From contig CAXXMD010000003.1 in the NCBI GenBank assembly GCA_963675755.2, positions 96,001 through 160,000 of the forward strand: a DNA stretch of 64,000 bases, read 5' to 3'. Position 1 is the first letter of the stretch; every line of letters begins with the position of its first letter. A program made the position numbers and the translations under genes. A model generated the notes under the pieces. It was not told where the DNA came from and did not search any database. It worked only from the letters and a program-made list of their open reading frames with translations. Source of the stretch: a bacterium. GTDB lineage: Bacteria > Zhuqueibacterota > Zhuqueibacteria > Residuimicrobiales > Krinioviventaceae. Positions 48,272 to 57,276 of this stretch are shown here, piece by piece.

Positions 48272-49794
48272 ATAAAGAATACCAATGTTGCCAAAATAAA
48301 TACAGGAATCAGAATTCCAAATGACCAGGCCATGTATCCAAAAAAGCTCGGCATTTTCAATCCAGTTTCTTCAGCAATAGAACGTACCATAAAGTTGGGG
48401 GCATTACCAATATAGGTGTTAGCACCCATAAATACAGCACCGGCAGAGATAGCTTTAAGATAAATTGCATTCTCTGCAATCAAGCTTGCAACGGCCTGTG
48501 GTTCAGGCATACCTGAATAGAAATTACCCAAAGCAGTATTCAGGAATGTCAGGTATGTAGGTGCATTATCAAGAAAACTAGAGAGAGCACCAGTTACCCA
48601 GAAATAATGCCAGGGTTCTTTAACGGCTTCAATGATAAATGCCATAGCACCATTATGACCCGCTTTTAAAATTGCCAAAGCAGGGATAATACACATAAAA
48701 ATACCGGCAAACAAGTAAGCAACTTCCTGAATGGGGAACCATGTAAATTCATTTCCTTCGCGAATTTCTTTTTTGGTGGTTTTAAGAGACAATACAACCA
48801 TCAATACCAGAATTACATCACGTAAAATATTCTGCCATTGCATATGTACACCCAAAACGGTTACAGCACCCAATTTTACCAAACCACTCATCAATACAGC
48901 GGCAATAATACCACCAAGGAAAATAAAATTATGAGTACCACGCAAACGTACAGGTACGGTTGCAGAAGTATCTTCTACAATTGTACCGGCTTTCTTTTCT
49001 TTGTTATAAAGAATTGAATCAACTGCAAAGAAAATTCCCAACAGTATTACAACAACAAAAATCATATGCGGTAAAATATTCATAGTCCAGAAAAATGGCA
49101 CATGGTGCAAAAATCCCAGGAACAATGGTGGATCACCCAATGGGGTCAATGCGCCACCAATATTGCTCACCAAAAAGATAAAGAAAATCACAATATGCAT
49201 ACGATTTTTACGGTTAGAATTGGCTCTCAATATAGGACGAATCAATACCATTGAAGCACCGGTAGTTCCAATCCATGAGGCAACCAAAGTACCAATAAGT
49301 AAGATCACCAGGTTGGTGGTTGGTTTACCCTTTATAGAACCTTCTACAAGTATACCACCAGCAGCAGTATACAATGCCCATAAAAGCACAATAAAAGGAA
49401 TATAATCAATTAAATAAATATGAAAAATCTCATACAATGCATCACCGCCATATGTAATCACAAAAGGGATAGCAAATAGCAAAGCCCAAAATGCAGATAC
49501 TTTGGGAAAATGATGGTGCCAGAATTTTTCAGCAAGCAATGGAAATAATGCAATAGATAATAATATACCTACAAATGGTATTACACTCCATATTGGCAAA
49601 ACTTCACCTAAATTCGTTCCATGATGTCCACCGCCGTGTGCTTCTTGCCCGGCATCAGACATATGGGCTTCATGTGCAGCTGTTTCGCTGCCATGAGATG
49701 CATCTGCGTTTCCGTGGTCTGTATCGGCGGCAAAAACAACAGCGGCTATCATCATAATGGCGAAAACTGCCAAATAAAACAATCTCTTGTTCAT
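48268..49794 (-). CDS. Putative Na+/H+ antiporter (ion transporter superfamily) with His-rich N-terminus
   Basis: Many TM helices; SNIGGALTPLGDPPLFLGF, SSFLDNAPTY, GANTYIGNAPNFMV. Confidence 0.85.
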   Translation of the reverse strand: MNKRLFYLAVFAIMMIAAVVFAADTDHGNADASHGSETAAHEAHMSDAGQEAHGGGHHGTNLGEVLPIWSVIPFVGILLSIALFPLLAEKFWHHHFPKVSAFWALLFAIPFVITYGGDALYEIFHIYLIDYIPFIVLLWALYTAAGGILVEGSIKGKPTTNLVILLIGTLVASWIGTTGASMVLIRPILRANSNRKNRMHIVIFFIFLVSNIGGALTPLGDPPLFLGFLHHVPFFWTMNILPHMIFVVVILLGIFFAVDSILYNKEKKAGTIVEDTSATVPVRLRGTHNFIFLGGIIAAVLMSGLVKLGAVTVLGVHMQWQNILRDVILVLMVVLSLKTTKKEIREGNEFTWFPIQEVAYLFAGIFMCIIPALAILKAGHNGAMAFIIEAVKEPWHYFWVTGALSSFLDNAPTYLTFLNTALGNFYSGMPEPQAVASLIAENAIYLKAISAGAVFMGANTYIGNAPNFMVRSIAEETGLKMPSFFGYMAWSFGILIPVFILATLVFFI

Positions 49795-50046
49795 TTTATT
49801 ATCCGGTCCTTTCCTGTAATGATTTATTTATGTATAAACTAAACGATAGTTAGCATAAAATGTAATAAATAGTCATCTTTTTTCAAAGTAATTAATTGTA
49901 CGCTTGTATGGTGCAATTTTTACCTTATGGATGGCTAAATTAGCTATATCAATAAAAAATCATATTCACAACACACTAATTTCATTGATGTTACACAGCA
50001 ACAGCGCAACAATGAGATTAAAATGACAAAAATTATACCATGAAAA

Positions 50047-51291
50047 TCATAGGGCTTGAATTATAGAATGGACTTTATCATCAGTTAGGTAGGGTTGAAC
50101 AATATTGTACCAAATTCCGTCTCTGGTATATTGCCCGGAATTCAAACCTTCAGGATCAATACTCTTAAAGAATTCAAGCAATTCTAGGCTCCAGGGCAGG
50201 CCACGGTTCTGTAATAATCGTTTAAAATCCCAGTGTTTTGCAAATTTTTGAATCAAATCGAAACTCCAGGGCAGTGTTTCACGAGCGCTCAGCTTTTCCC
50301 AATCCCAAAAATCCCGATATGCAGAGATAAATGCTTCTGTCCAGGGAAAATCGTCACGGCAACTAAACATTTCCCAATCCCAGCGTTCCAGGTACGTTTC
50401 AATCAATTCCCGGTCCCATTGAATACCTGCGTTTCCGCTCAGGTATTTCCAGTCCCATTTGTTTTCATAACGCTGAATAAACTCCGGGGTCCATGGTAAG
50501 GCACGATTATAACTCAGCCACGTCCACTCCCATTTATCTGCATGCTCCAACACAAATGCCTCGGTCCATGGCAAACCTTCGTTTGCGCTCAAACAATCCC
50601 AGAATAAATGCTCACGATATTGAGATAATATAGTTTCATTCCAGGGCAATGCTGGATTGTAACTTAGCGATGCCCAATCCCAATGGTCTCGATATTCCCG
50701 AATCAGCGTATCGCTCCAGGGCAGAAACTCGTTCAGACTCAGGTTTTCCCAGTTCCAGCGATCATCAAAACGGTCAATCAAGCTATCGCTCCAGGGCAAT
50801 GACCTGCGACTGCTTAACAATCGCCAGTCCCATAATCCTGCAAAGTGTGCAATACTGGTTTCATTCAGGGGTATACGTTCGTTTTTACTCAATGCCGACC
50901 AGTTGAACCTGTCACTGTAACGCTCCAACAGAGAATCACTCCAGGGCAGTTCAGGGTTTGCAGAAAGCCCGGCCCAACCCCATTCCCAGCGTCCCCAGTC
51001 CCAACGATTTTCATAACGTTCAAGCAAACTTGACGTCCAGTTGATTCGAGGATTATCACTAAGCAATTGCCAGTTCAACACGGTTTTATACCGCTTTATT
51101 AAATCATGAGTGAGTGGATATTCACGTGATAAAATATCAATAAACACACGCGGATTTTGGATGAGAAACTGCTCCAGCTCGCTGGTATCATGTTGTATCA
51201 GATGCTGAGCTATTGCTATAGAAGTGTCTGATCGCTTTAATTCCTGGCGATCCACGGGAACCAATGATTTAAACGATTCTGAATTATGCAT
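50047..51291 (-). CDS. Tryptophan-rich 25-residue repeat protein
   Basis: About 12 repeats of consensus WDWxxLSxNxxLPWxxxLIxxYxDx. Confidence 0.85.
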   Translation of the reverse strand: MHNSESFKSLVPVDRQELKRSDTSIAIAQHLIQHDTSELEQFLIQNPRVFIDILSREYPLTHDLIKRYKTVLNWQLLSDNPRINWTSSLLERYENRWDWGRWEWGWAGLSANPELPWSDSLLERYSDRFNWSALSKNERIPLNETSIAHFAGLWDWRLLSSRRSLPWSDSLIDRFDDRWNWENLSLNEFLPWSDTLIREYRDHWDWASLSYNPALPWNETILSQYREHLFWDCLSANEGLPWTEAFVLEHADKWEWTWLSYNRALPWTPEFIQRYENKWDWKYLSGNAGIQWDRELIETYLERWDWEMFSCRDDFPWTEAFISAYRDFWDWEKLSARETLPWSFDLIQKFAKHWDFKRLLQNRGLPWSLELLEFFKSIDPEGLNSGQYTRDGIWYNIVQPYLTDDKVHSIIQAL

Positions 51292-52198
51292 GCGCGCGGG
51301 TTCTTAGAATGTGTATTTCTTTCATCAAAGACTGGCGAATAGTTTTAAAATAGTGGTCCCAGTCTTGTATTCCGTTCATGGTACGGTAGGTATCTGATTC
51401 TTTAAGTTTAATAATTTCTTTATTGAGGGCTTCGATACGTGTTTGCAGCGTAACAATAATGGCTTTCAACTTGTCCATATCAGTAATCTGATCAGATTTG
51501 ACTGTCATGCCTCCTTTTTCCAGCATGGCCAGAATATCTAAAATCCGTTCCAGATCATTTTCTTCATAAGCCTGTTTTAAATCAATAAACGTCTGCTGTG
51601 CCTGTTCTTTAAATTCTTCAGCAACAACATCAGGGTGACAGAGTTTGCTAGCACGTAAAAATGCCAACCGCAAGTCTTTATGACGTTCAGGGGTTAATAT
51701 GGGTATTTCCTGGGGATCAACGCTGTCAAGAATGGTCTTGTACTGTTCAAATTCCTGATCTGCCTTTTCTGACCAGTCCTGTGGAGTATTTACCTGCACC
51801 GGTTTTACTTTTCTTCGTAAATCCAGTACTTCAAGAATATATTCACCCAACTCTGTCTGATAATTGGTATAAAAGTGGTGGATCATCCGTTCAAGATCCA
51901 CTTTGACACTCTGTTTTTCCGCAAGCTTGATTTCCAGAGCTTTTACCTGCAGTCTCAATGCAGGCAGTTCGGCAAAGGGAGCATTATTTAGACGAAAAGG
52001 ATAATTAATAAATTCATCAATCAGCCGGGTTGCCTGAACAAATTCGTAACGATCAAGACATTTAATAATAGGCAAAAGGCTGTTATCTGAACTGGCTTTT
52101 TTTATTTTCTCAACCTGTACGCGTACCAAGTCAAGCTCACCCAATACTATGAGATTTTTCAATACTTCGAGACGTTTTTGCAGTTGAGAATCTATCAT
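51284..52198 (-). CDS. Coiled-coil protein with internal J-domain
   Basis: LRLAFLRASKLCHPD...FIDLKQAYE (HPD motif) flanked by heptad-like segments. Confidence 0.8.
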   Translation of the reverse strand: MIDSQLQKRLEVLKNLIVLGELDLVRVQVEKIKKASSDNSLLPIIKCLDRYEFVQATRLIDEFINYPFRLNNAPFAELPALRLQVKALEIKLAEKQSVKVDLERMIHHFYTNYQTELGEYILEVLDLRRKVKPVQVNTPQDWSEKADQEFEQYKTILDSVDPQEIPILTPERHKDLRLAFLRASKLCHPDVVAEEFKEQAQQTFIDLKQAYEENDLERILDILAMLEKGGMTVKSDQITDMDKLKAIIVTLQTRIEALNKEIIKLKESDTYRTMNGIQDWDHYFKTIRQSLMKEIHILRTRAHA

Positions 52199-52260
52199 TT
52201 TACCATTTCAGTTAATAATCTATATACTAGACATTTTAAAAATAAAATTCAAGCAGAATC

Positions 52261-53031
52261 TCAGTAGGTCAAAACCAACCCGGTAGACAACCGGGTATCC
52301 ATATCTTTAATATGGTCAGGGGGTTTCTTGTCATATCTCATTTTAAACGTGGTTACCAAAGACAACGGACCTGCAATGACGACTTTAAAATTGGCTTCAC
52401 TCAAAATACGGATATCATTCATATCCGTAAACATGGGTTGAAAATAAGTGGTCCAATGCCCCTGTAACCGGCTGTTGAAATTGATATTCATGGCAAAATA
52501 ATTATTCCAGCGAGCAACTGTGGTTTCATCCGGGTGCAAACTGCCTTCGGGCAGATCGAGCTTTTCATATTCATACATGTAGGACGTTCCGCACACAATG
52601 GAATTCTTTTCATTACGGAAAATAGCCGCGCGCACACCTGCACCTGCCAGGCGTCTGTCATCCAGTGAACGTGATTTGTTATAGTCCATTTGGAAAAACG
52701 TTTCGGGCTGCCACCAGGCTTTAATTTCAAATATCTGCCGTAAATGCACCAGACCTTCATTAGAATATTGCAAGTCTCCCTGCCAACGCTGGTCACCTTC
52801 TATGATAATAAACGAGTCCATGCGTTTCCACTTGAAATCACTGCTGCTTGAAATATCCACCTCTTGCGCGTCAACATTCCCGGTCCTTGCGGAATAAGAT
52901 ACTTTCAAGTAACCATCCAATCCTTCATGCTGTCCCGCTTTGCGGTATTTTTCCACATTAACCTGTGCAAAAACCCATCCTGTCGCAAACAATAACATTC
53001 CAAAAACCAGTAAATGAAAATGCTTTTTCAT
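52261..53031 (-). CDS. Outer-membrane beta-barrel protein (DUF481-like)
   Basis: Signal peptide; alternating beta-strand pattern; RTGNVD; terminal GLVLTY. Confidence 0.75.
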   Translation of the reverse strand: MKKHFHLLVFGMLLFATGWVFAQVNVEKYRKAGQHEGLDGYLKVSYSARTGNVDAQEVDISSSSDFKWKRMDSFIIIEGDQRWQGDLQYSNEGLVHLRQIFEIKAWWQPETFFQMDYNKSRSLDDRRLAGAGVRAAIFRNEKNSIVCGTSYMYEYEKLDLPEGSLHPDETTVARWNNYFAMNINFNSRLQGHWTTYFQPMFTDMNDIRILSEANFKVVIAGPLSLVTTFKMRYDKKPPDHIKDMDTRLSTGLVLTY

Positions 53032-53041
53032 ATTTTTCTCC

Positions 53042-53986
53042 TCAACTTGCATCCCATATTTCTAAAATATTTTCAAGGGCGCTATTTACATCCAACTGCT
53101 CCAGATCCAGCCAGTGTATCCGCTGATCTTTGCGGAACCAGGTCAATTGTCTTTTTGCATATCTTCGTGAATTTCGTTTAATCAACCTGATCATTTCATC
53201 AAATTCCAGTTTACCATCAAAATGATCATATACTTCCTGGTACCCCACCGTTTTCAAGGCATTTAATTCAGGTCCCCATCCTTTTTTTTCAAGATCCCGG
53301 ACTTCATCAAGCAGCCCCTCCTGAATCATCAAATCCACCCGCAAGTTAATCCGGTCATACAATAGTTTGCGGTCTCTTTGTAAACCAATAAAAACAGGTT
53401 CAAACTCGCAAGGTTTTTCATCCCCTTTTCGATATTCGGAAATGGGTTTTCCTGTTAAATCATAAATTTCCAAAGCCCGCACTACCCGTTGCATATCATT
53501 GGGATGCAAGCGTTCCGCACTTTTCGGATCAACCTTACGTAAAGCTTCCAATACAGCTTCCTGTCCTTGCTCGCGTATACGCTGCCGCCATTTTTCTTTA
53601 ACATCAGGATCAGACATTTGGGGGGCAAACAGTCCATCAACCAGTGCCTGAATATAAAATCCTGACCCACCGGTTACAATGGGGACGGTATTTCGCTCAA
53701 AAAGCTCCCTGACACATGCTCTGGCCTCACGCCCGTATTCCCCTGCGCTGTAGAATTGATTAGGATCGCGGATATCAATAAAATGATGCGGAACACGTAA
53801 AAGTTCATCCCGGGTGGGTTTTGCAGTACCAATAGACATGTAGCGGTAAACTTGTCTGGAGTCAGACGAAACCACTTCTCCACCCAATTGCTCGGCAAGT
53901 TGAAGCGAGAGTTCTGTTTTGCCCACGGCAGTGGGGCCTACCAGTATAATTGCCTTATGTGCGCTCAAACCGTTTGTCCAGTTCAT
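53042..53986 (-). CDS. miaA: tRNA dimethylallyltransferase
   Basis: GPTAVGKT, DSRQVY..MSIGTAKP, GGSGFY, YAKRQLTWF; follows mutL (exact start uncertain). Confidence 0.96.
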   Translation of the reverse strand: MNWTNGLSAHKAIILVGPTAVGKTELSLQLAEQLGGEVVSSDSRQVYRYMSIGTAKPTRDELLRVPHHFIDIRDPNQFYSAGEYGREARACVRELFERNTVPIVTGGSGFYIQALVDGLFAPQMSDPDVKEKWRQRIREQGQEAVLEALRKVDPKSAERLHPNDMQRVVRALEIYDLTGKPISEYRKGDEKPCEFEPVFIGLQRDRKLLYDRINLRVDLMIQEGLLDEVRDLEKKGWGPELNALKTVGYQEVYDHFDGKLEFDEMIRLIKRNSRRYAKRQLTWFRKDQRIHWLDLEQLDVNSALENILEIWDAS

Positions 53987-55766
53987 CCAATGACAACGTA
54001 ATCATGGTGGGTCTGCCATGCGGACAAAAATACGGGGTTTCGCAGGCAAACAACTGGTCCACCAACGCATTCATAGATTCATCATTCAGGGTGTCTCCGG
54101 TCATAATTGCAGACCGGCAGGCAACGCTTTTGGCAACACGTTCCTGTATATCTACCTCTGTCCCCAGTTTCAACTTGTACTCGTCCAGAATACCCAACAG
54201 CAGTTTGTTTTCCTGGCCTATACGCATGCCTGACGGTACGCCTTCAAGCACAATGGTGCGACTACCAAATCCTTTGATGATAAATCCTATTTTTTCTAAA
54301 AACGGCAAAATCTCCATCAAATACTCAAAGTCTTCAATAGATAAATCAATAGTCTGCGGAAACAACAACTGCTGAGACGGAGATTCATGATTCTGAAAAT
54401 TATCTTTGACCCGCTCGTAAATAATTCGCTCATGCGCGGCATGCTGGTCAATAATCACAAGTCCGCTTTTGATTTGAGAAACAAGATATTTGTTGTGCAA
54501 TTGCCACAACATCTTGTTCTCTTCCTTGTACTTGTTTGGAGATGGACTCTGCTGCGGTGTCAGGTTGTACCGGGCTACCGGTTCACTTTCTACAGGCTCG
54601 GTATGATCATAGTGGCTGTGCGTTTCCCGTGGCGGTGGATTCTCAAAATCAATCCGCGTTTGGGGTGTAGGAGTTTGACGGATCTCATCTACCAATGGAG
54701 ATGCAAACCGTTTTGAAAAAGATGGCCTGCCGGGTGCTCTAAAATTCTGCATCATCTCTGGCACAATATCATCGGTTTTCATAGACCGTTTGATAGCCCC
54801 ACGGATCAACGTAAACAGCATCTGCTGGTCGGCAAACTTTATTTCACTTTTTGTGGGGTGAACATTTACATCAATCCGCTCGGGATCAATATCCAGAAAC
54901 AACACATACAAAGGGAAACTGCCTTTGGGCAGCATTTCCCCTAGTCCTGCAATAATTGCAGCATTTATAGTACGATCATTAATGAATCGCTTGTTCACAA
55001 ACAGGAACTGATCATTTCGGGTTTTGCGTAATATATCAAAATTGCCAATAAATCCTTTAATATCCATGATAGGATTTTTATCCGTGATCTCTATCAAATT
55101 CTCACGAATTCTTCCACCCATAACATCACCAATACGGTCCGCAAGATCAGACGGTTTGTAACTAAAGACCTCGTTATCATCATGAAAAAAGTCAAAAGCA
55201 ATATGAGGATATGACAATACAAAGCGGTTAGCCATGGAGATAATATGCCGGTATTCGGTAGAGGTTGCGCGGAGGAATTTCCGTCGCGCGGGTGTATTGA
55301 AAAACAAATTTTTGACAGCTATAGAAGTACCGGGATTTCCACCGGTACGGTCCATTTTCACCACAGTACCACCGTCAATATTGATCTGGGTACCCTCAAT
55401 CTGACCTTCGGGCACGGTTTTCATTTCAAGCTGCGATACCGCCGCAATGCTGGCAAGCGCTTCACCTCTGAAACCCAGGGTTAAAATGCGCTCCATATCC
55501 TCATAATCATGAATTTTAGAGGTAGCATGACGCTGGAAAGACATGATGGCATCTTTTTCTTCCATGCCGCAGCCATTGTCCACTATCTGGATCAATCCCT
55601 TGCCGCCCTCTTTGATGATAACGCTGATCTTGTCTGCACCGGCATCAATAGAATTCTCTACCAGTTCCTTTACAACTGAAGAGGGCCGGTCAATCACCTC
55701 ACCGGCCGCAATTTTATTTACAAGATTTTCAGATAATACGCGTATTTTTATGTCACTCTCGCCCAC
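53955..55766 (-). CDS. mutL: DNA mismatch repair endonuclease MutL
   Basis: IAAGEVI, KELVENSIDAGA, GFRGEAL, DQHAAHERIIYE, ACR, CPHGRP. Confidence 0.98.
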   Translation of the reverse strand: MGESDIKIRVLSENLVNKIAAGEVIDRPSSVVKELVENSIDAGADKISVIIKEGGKGLIQIVDNGCGMEEKDAIMSFQRHATSKIHDYEDMERILTLGFRGEALASIAAVSQLEMKTVPEGQIEGTQINIDGGTVVKMDRTGGNPGTSIAVKNLFFNTPARRKFLRATSTEYRHIISMANRFVLSYPHIAFDFFHDDNEVFSYKPSDLADRIGDVMGGRIRENLIEITDKNPIMDIKGFIGNFDILRKTRNDQFLFVNKRFINDRTINAAIIAGLGEMLPKGSFPLYVLFLDIDPERIDVNVHPTKSEIKFADQQMLFTLIRGAIKRSMKTDDIVPEMMQNFRAPGRPSFSKRFASPLVDEIRQTPTPQTRIDFENPPPRETHSHYDHTEPVESEPVARYNLTPQQSPSPNKYKEENKMLWQLHNKYLVSQIKSGLVIIDQHAAHERIIYERVKDNFQNHESPSQQLLFPQTIDLSIEDFEYLMEILPFLEKIGFIIKGFGSRTIVLEGVPSGMRIGQENKLLLGILDEYKLKLGTEVDIQERVAKSVACRSAIMTGDTLNDESMNALVDQLFACETPYFCPHGRPTMITLSLDELDKRFERT

Positions 55767-55893
55767 GGTACTCCTTGTATATTAAACTCGAATCAATAGT
55801 ATACCGAATTTGAGAATGAATTTCAAGCAGATTATTTAAAAGGTGAGAATTCATTGGTAATATTATAAACCAGATTACCTTGTATTTGCACAA

Positions 55894-56181
55894 CTAGTCA
55901 TTCACTGATCTTTTCAAATCCCGATAAAAATTCTCATGCAATCCCAATGCAATAAAGGTCCTCGAGGCCTCATCCCACATATAAGCTAAAAGATACTGCT
56001 GTCTGATAAGGTTGAATTTATAGACCCAAATATTTGCCAAATCCCCGCTTTTTTGCTGACCAAGTTCAGGATTTTCAATCAACATTTTAATTGCTTGATC
56101 TAATTCCTTGATTTGGTTCTTTTTTAATTTCTTTTTCTGATTTTTAAATTGTCGGGTTTGATAAACTTTAATATCACCCAA
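55894..56181 (-). CDS. RelE/ParE-family type II toxin
   Basis: 95 aa, basic; NPELGQQKSGDL..WVYKF..LLAY..LGLHENFYRDLK. Confidence 0.85.
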   Translation of the reverse strand: MGDIKVYQTRQFKNQKKKLKKNQIKELDQAIKMLIENPELGQQKSGDLANIWVYKFNLIRQQYLLAYMWDEASRTFIALGLHENFYRDLKRSVND

Positions 56182-56183
56182 AA

Positions 56184-56411
56184 TTATTCCCCCTCCCCAA
56201 ATACATAGGGAGTTATATCACCTTCATTTACTTGTTCAATTCCAATCAATATATCTTTAATGAATGTAAAAGGCAGGTCAGGATTATCTTCTGCAATCTC
56301 TCCAATTGTGGCCCAGAATTCAATCTGACCGGCAACAGACCGTTTCATTGCTTTTGACCGGGTCCTTGCTTTATTCACCAATTCATCCGATATTCTTACT
56401 GCTGTAGGCAT
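56184..56411 (-). CDS. ParD-like (RHH) antitoxin
   Basis: AVRISDEL..AR..RSVAGQIEFWA.IG.IAEDNPDLP; ends 2 nt upstream of the toxin. Confidence 0.85.
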   Translation of the reverse strand: MPTAVRISDELVNKARTRSKAMKRSVAGQIEFWATIGEIAEDNPDLPFTFIKDILIGIEQVNEGDITPYVFGEGE

Positions 56412-56519
56412 AATATCATTCCTTATACAAAACTTACAACTATACATAACATATTACAATTTAAAATTGCAAAATGCAATAAATAACATCATTCTTTTTC
56501 TAATCAATAAATTTTGAAA

Positions 56520-57275
56520 TTACTTGAGCAGTAACAATTTCCGTGTAAAGTTGTATTCTGTGGATTGAAAACGGTAAAAATAAATCCCCGATGGCAAACC
56601 ATGCATATCCAAATTAATATGATAGCTCCCTGAATTATAATACCGGTTAATGAGTGAAAGCACCAATTCCCCATTAATATTATAAAGCGCTAAAGATACC
56701 CGCCCCGCCTGCGGTAAATCAAATTTTATAACCGTTTCATCATTAAAGGGATTGGGATAATTCTGGTATAACCTGAACTCAGAAGGCGCTTGTACAAACG
56801 GATCATGAATTCCGGTTTCAGGATCAAAAACCAATACTCCTGTTTCCACCTGCACTGAGTCAATACCTTGAGCCAGGGTATCGGCAAGAACTACCTCGGT
56901 AGTAAAACGCAATGTATCAGAGCCGGTGATTTGCCGGTCTACGGTTAAAAGCAAATCCGCCAGTTTTTGATTACCAGCAAGAATAGAACGCCCCTGTTTA
57001 TGATAAATCAACACCCGCTCACCATTGGTTAATGCAGTAAAGTCCCCAATCTCATCTGCCAAAACCACGCTGTCAATCCTGACAATAGCGGAATCATCCT
57101 CCAACTCGAATTGAATACCGGCCACTGACGGGTCAGTTTCCAGAAAAACAGGAATGCTCAAAGAATCCGGACCCAGCTCACCCGAGGTACCAAAATATAA
57201 CCGAGTTGAGGGCAATGCAGTCAAACTGTTAAACAGTAAAATTCCTGTCAATATATATCGTTTCAAACATTTCAT
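56520..57275 (-). CDS. Secreted cohesin-like/Ig domain protein with C-terminal sorting domain
   Basis: Signal peptide; IPVFLE...VAGIQFEL cohesin-like strand pattern; LYQNYPNPFN..PSGIYFYR. Confidence 0.7.
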   Translation of the reverse strand: MKCLKRYILTGILLFNSLTALPSTRLYFGTSGELGPDSLSIPVFLETDPSVAGIQFELEDDSAIVRIDSVVLADEIGDFTALTNGERVLIYHKQGRSILAGNQKLADLLLTVDRQITGSDTLRFTTEVVLADTLAQGIDSVQVETGVLVFDPETGIHDPFVQAPSEFRLYQNYPNPFNDETVIKFDLPQAGRVSLALYNINGELVLSLINRYYNSGSYHINLDMHGLPSGIYFYRFQSTEYNFTRKLLLLK

Positions 57276-57276
57276 A

